DNA of 64,000 nt from Mobula hypostoma (lineage: Eukaryota): assembly GCF_963921235.1 (NCBI RefSeq), contig NC_086107.1:86428001-86492000 (forward strand), read 5' to 3'. The translations under genes were made by a program, and so were the position numbers. Positions 62,990 through 64,000 of the stretch are shown here, in pieces (within the stretch, counting starts at the first letter, position 1; every line of letters starts with the position of its first letter). Under the pieces are notes generated by a model. The model saw only the letters and a program-made list of their open reading frames with translations, had not been told where the DNA came from and made no database searches.

Positions 62990-64000
62990 ATATGTATATT
63001 GATGAGGGCAGTGTTGTTTACATAGACTGCCATGAGAACTTTAGAATTTCAGGCATGGGAGTTTGGTCTAAATAGTCAGAGCTCAATAGTGGGGTGAGGT
63101 GGCGAACTGGATCTAAAATCAGCTTGGCTTATGGGAAGCAGAGGGTAGTGGTGGAGAGTAATTCTTCTCACTGGTAGTCTGAGACCACTGGTGTGTCACA
63201 CGGATTGGTGCTAAGACCCTTTCTGTTTGTGGTAGGCATCAACAACTTGGATGTTAATGTAGCTGGTGCGATCAGCAAGTTTACAAATGACACAAAGATC
63301 TGCAGATGTGAAGATAGTGAGGAGGATCATCTTAGACATGACATGAGCTTCATCATCTAGATCACCAGGCAGAGGGAAAAGGTACATTGGTCTTTACTAA
63401 AGTTGGTTCGGAGATTAGATATAGGGAATTATTTTTGTGTTTTACAGGGAATTGTTGAGGTCACACTGGAGTACAGGGGACAGTTCTGGTCTCCTTACTG
63501 AAGAACAGATCACTCAAATGGATTCAACAGTACAGTTCCAGGGATGAGAAAGTTGTCCTATTATAAAGTTCCAGAGAAATCAGACCCAAGTCCTTTAGGG
63601 TTTAGAAAAGTGCAGAGTGACCTTCCTGAATCACACAATGCCCCTTAGGCATGTTGTCTTCGAGATGTTGAGATGTTTGCCCCAGAGTGATAAGCTGGAC
63701 TGAGAGGACACAGTTACAAGGTCAGGGAGAGGTAATTTAAGCTGTTGCGTAGGAATGTCTTGCAAAGGGTGAGGGATGTTTGAAGTTCTCTAAGGAGGAT
63801 GGATCACTGGAGGGATTTAATGAGGAGAGAGATACATTTTGGAAAGACCAGGGATATGAGGGTGATGTGGAACTGGCACAGAACAGGAGCTGAGGCCTGG
63901 GGCAGATCATCCATGATCACATTGAATGGTGGGGCAGGGGTGAGGTGCCAGGTGGGAACCCCTGCTCCTATTGTCTTGTGTTTTTCTGAGTGTGTTTCTC
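62990..64000 (+). mobile_element. CR1 fragment (duplicate of 57720-58760)
   Basis: Colinear with the unit-2 copy. Confidence 0.8.

Overview
This window is vertebrate genomic DNA. The repeat families and H1 sequence suggest a cartilaginous fish, probably a ray, though that is inference. It holds part of a replication-dependent histone gene cluster in a dense matrix of decayed CR1/L2-type LINEs, SINEs and Gypsy LTR elements. There are two H3.2 and two H1 genes in an ~18.2 kb-period duplication, plus three H2A and two H2B genes in a second tandem array. All nine are intronless and have the 3' stem-loop and a purine-rich U7 downstream element. No H4 CDS is visible. The main observations are: (1) an orphan promoter at ~18.3-18.5 kb with an H4 site II-like motif, cut off by a CR1, possibly the relic of a lost H4 gene; (2) inverted copies of the H2A distal promoter module downstream of every H2A gene; (3) a Gypsy 3' LTR swollen by a ~1.7 kb minisatellite that multiplies an E2F-like TTGGCGGG motif; (4) a clean deletion of the third H2B and a CR1-fused H2B pseudogene; (5) a C2H2 zinc-finger relic missed by the ORF track; (6) a Gmr1-like Gypsy with integrase before RT; (7) Penelope-type hairpins with a degenerate hammerhead core; (8) identical 131-N blocks in both H2B genes that look like masking rather than gaps. 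I see no evidence for a new protein-coding system. The most novel signals are regulatory and structural.
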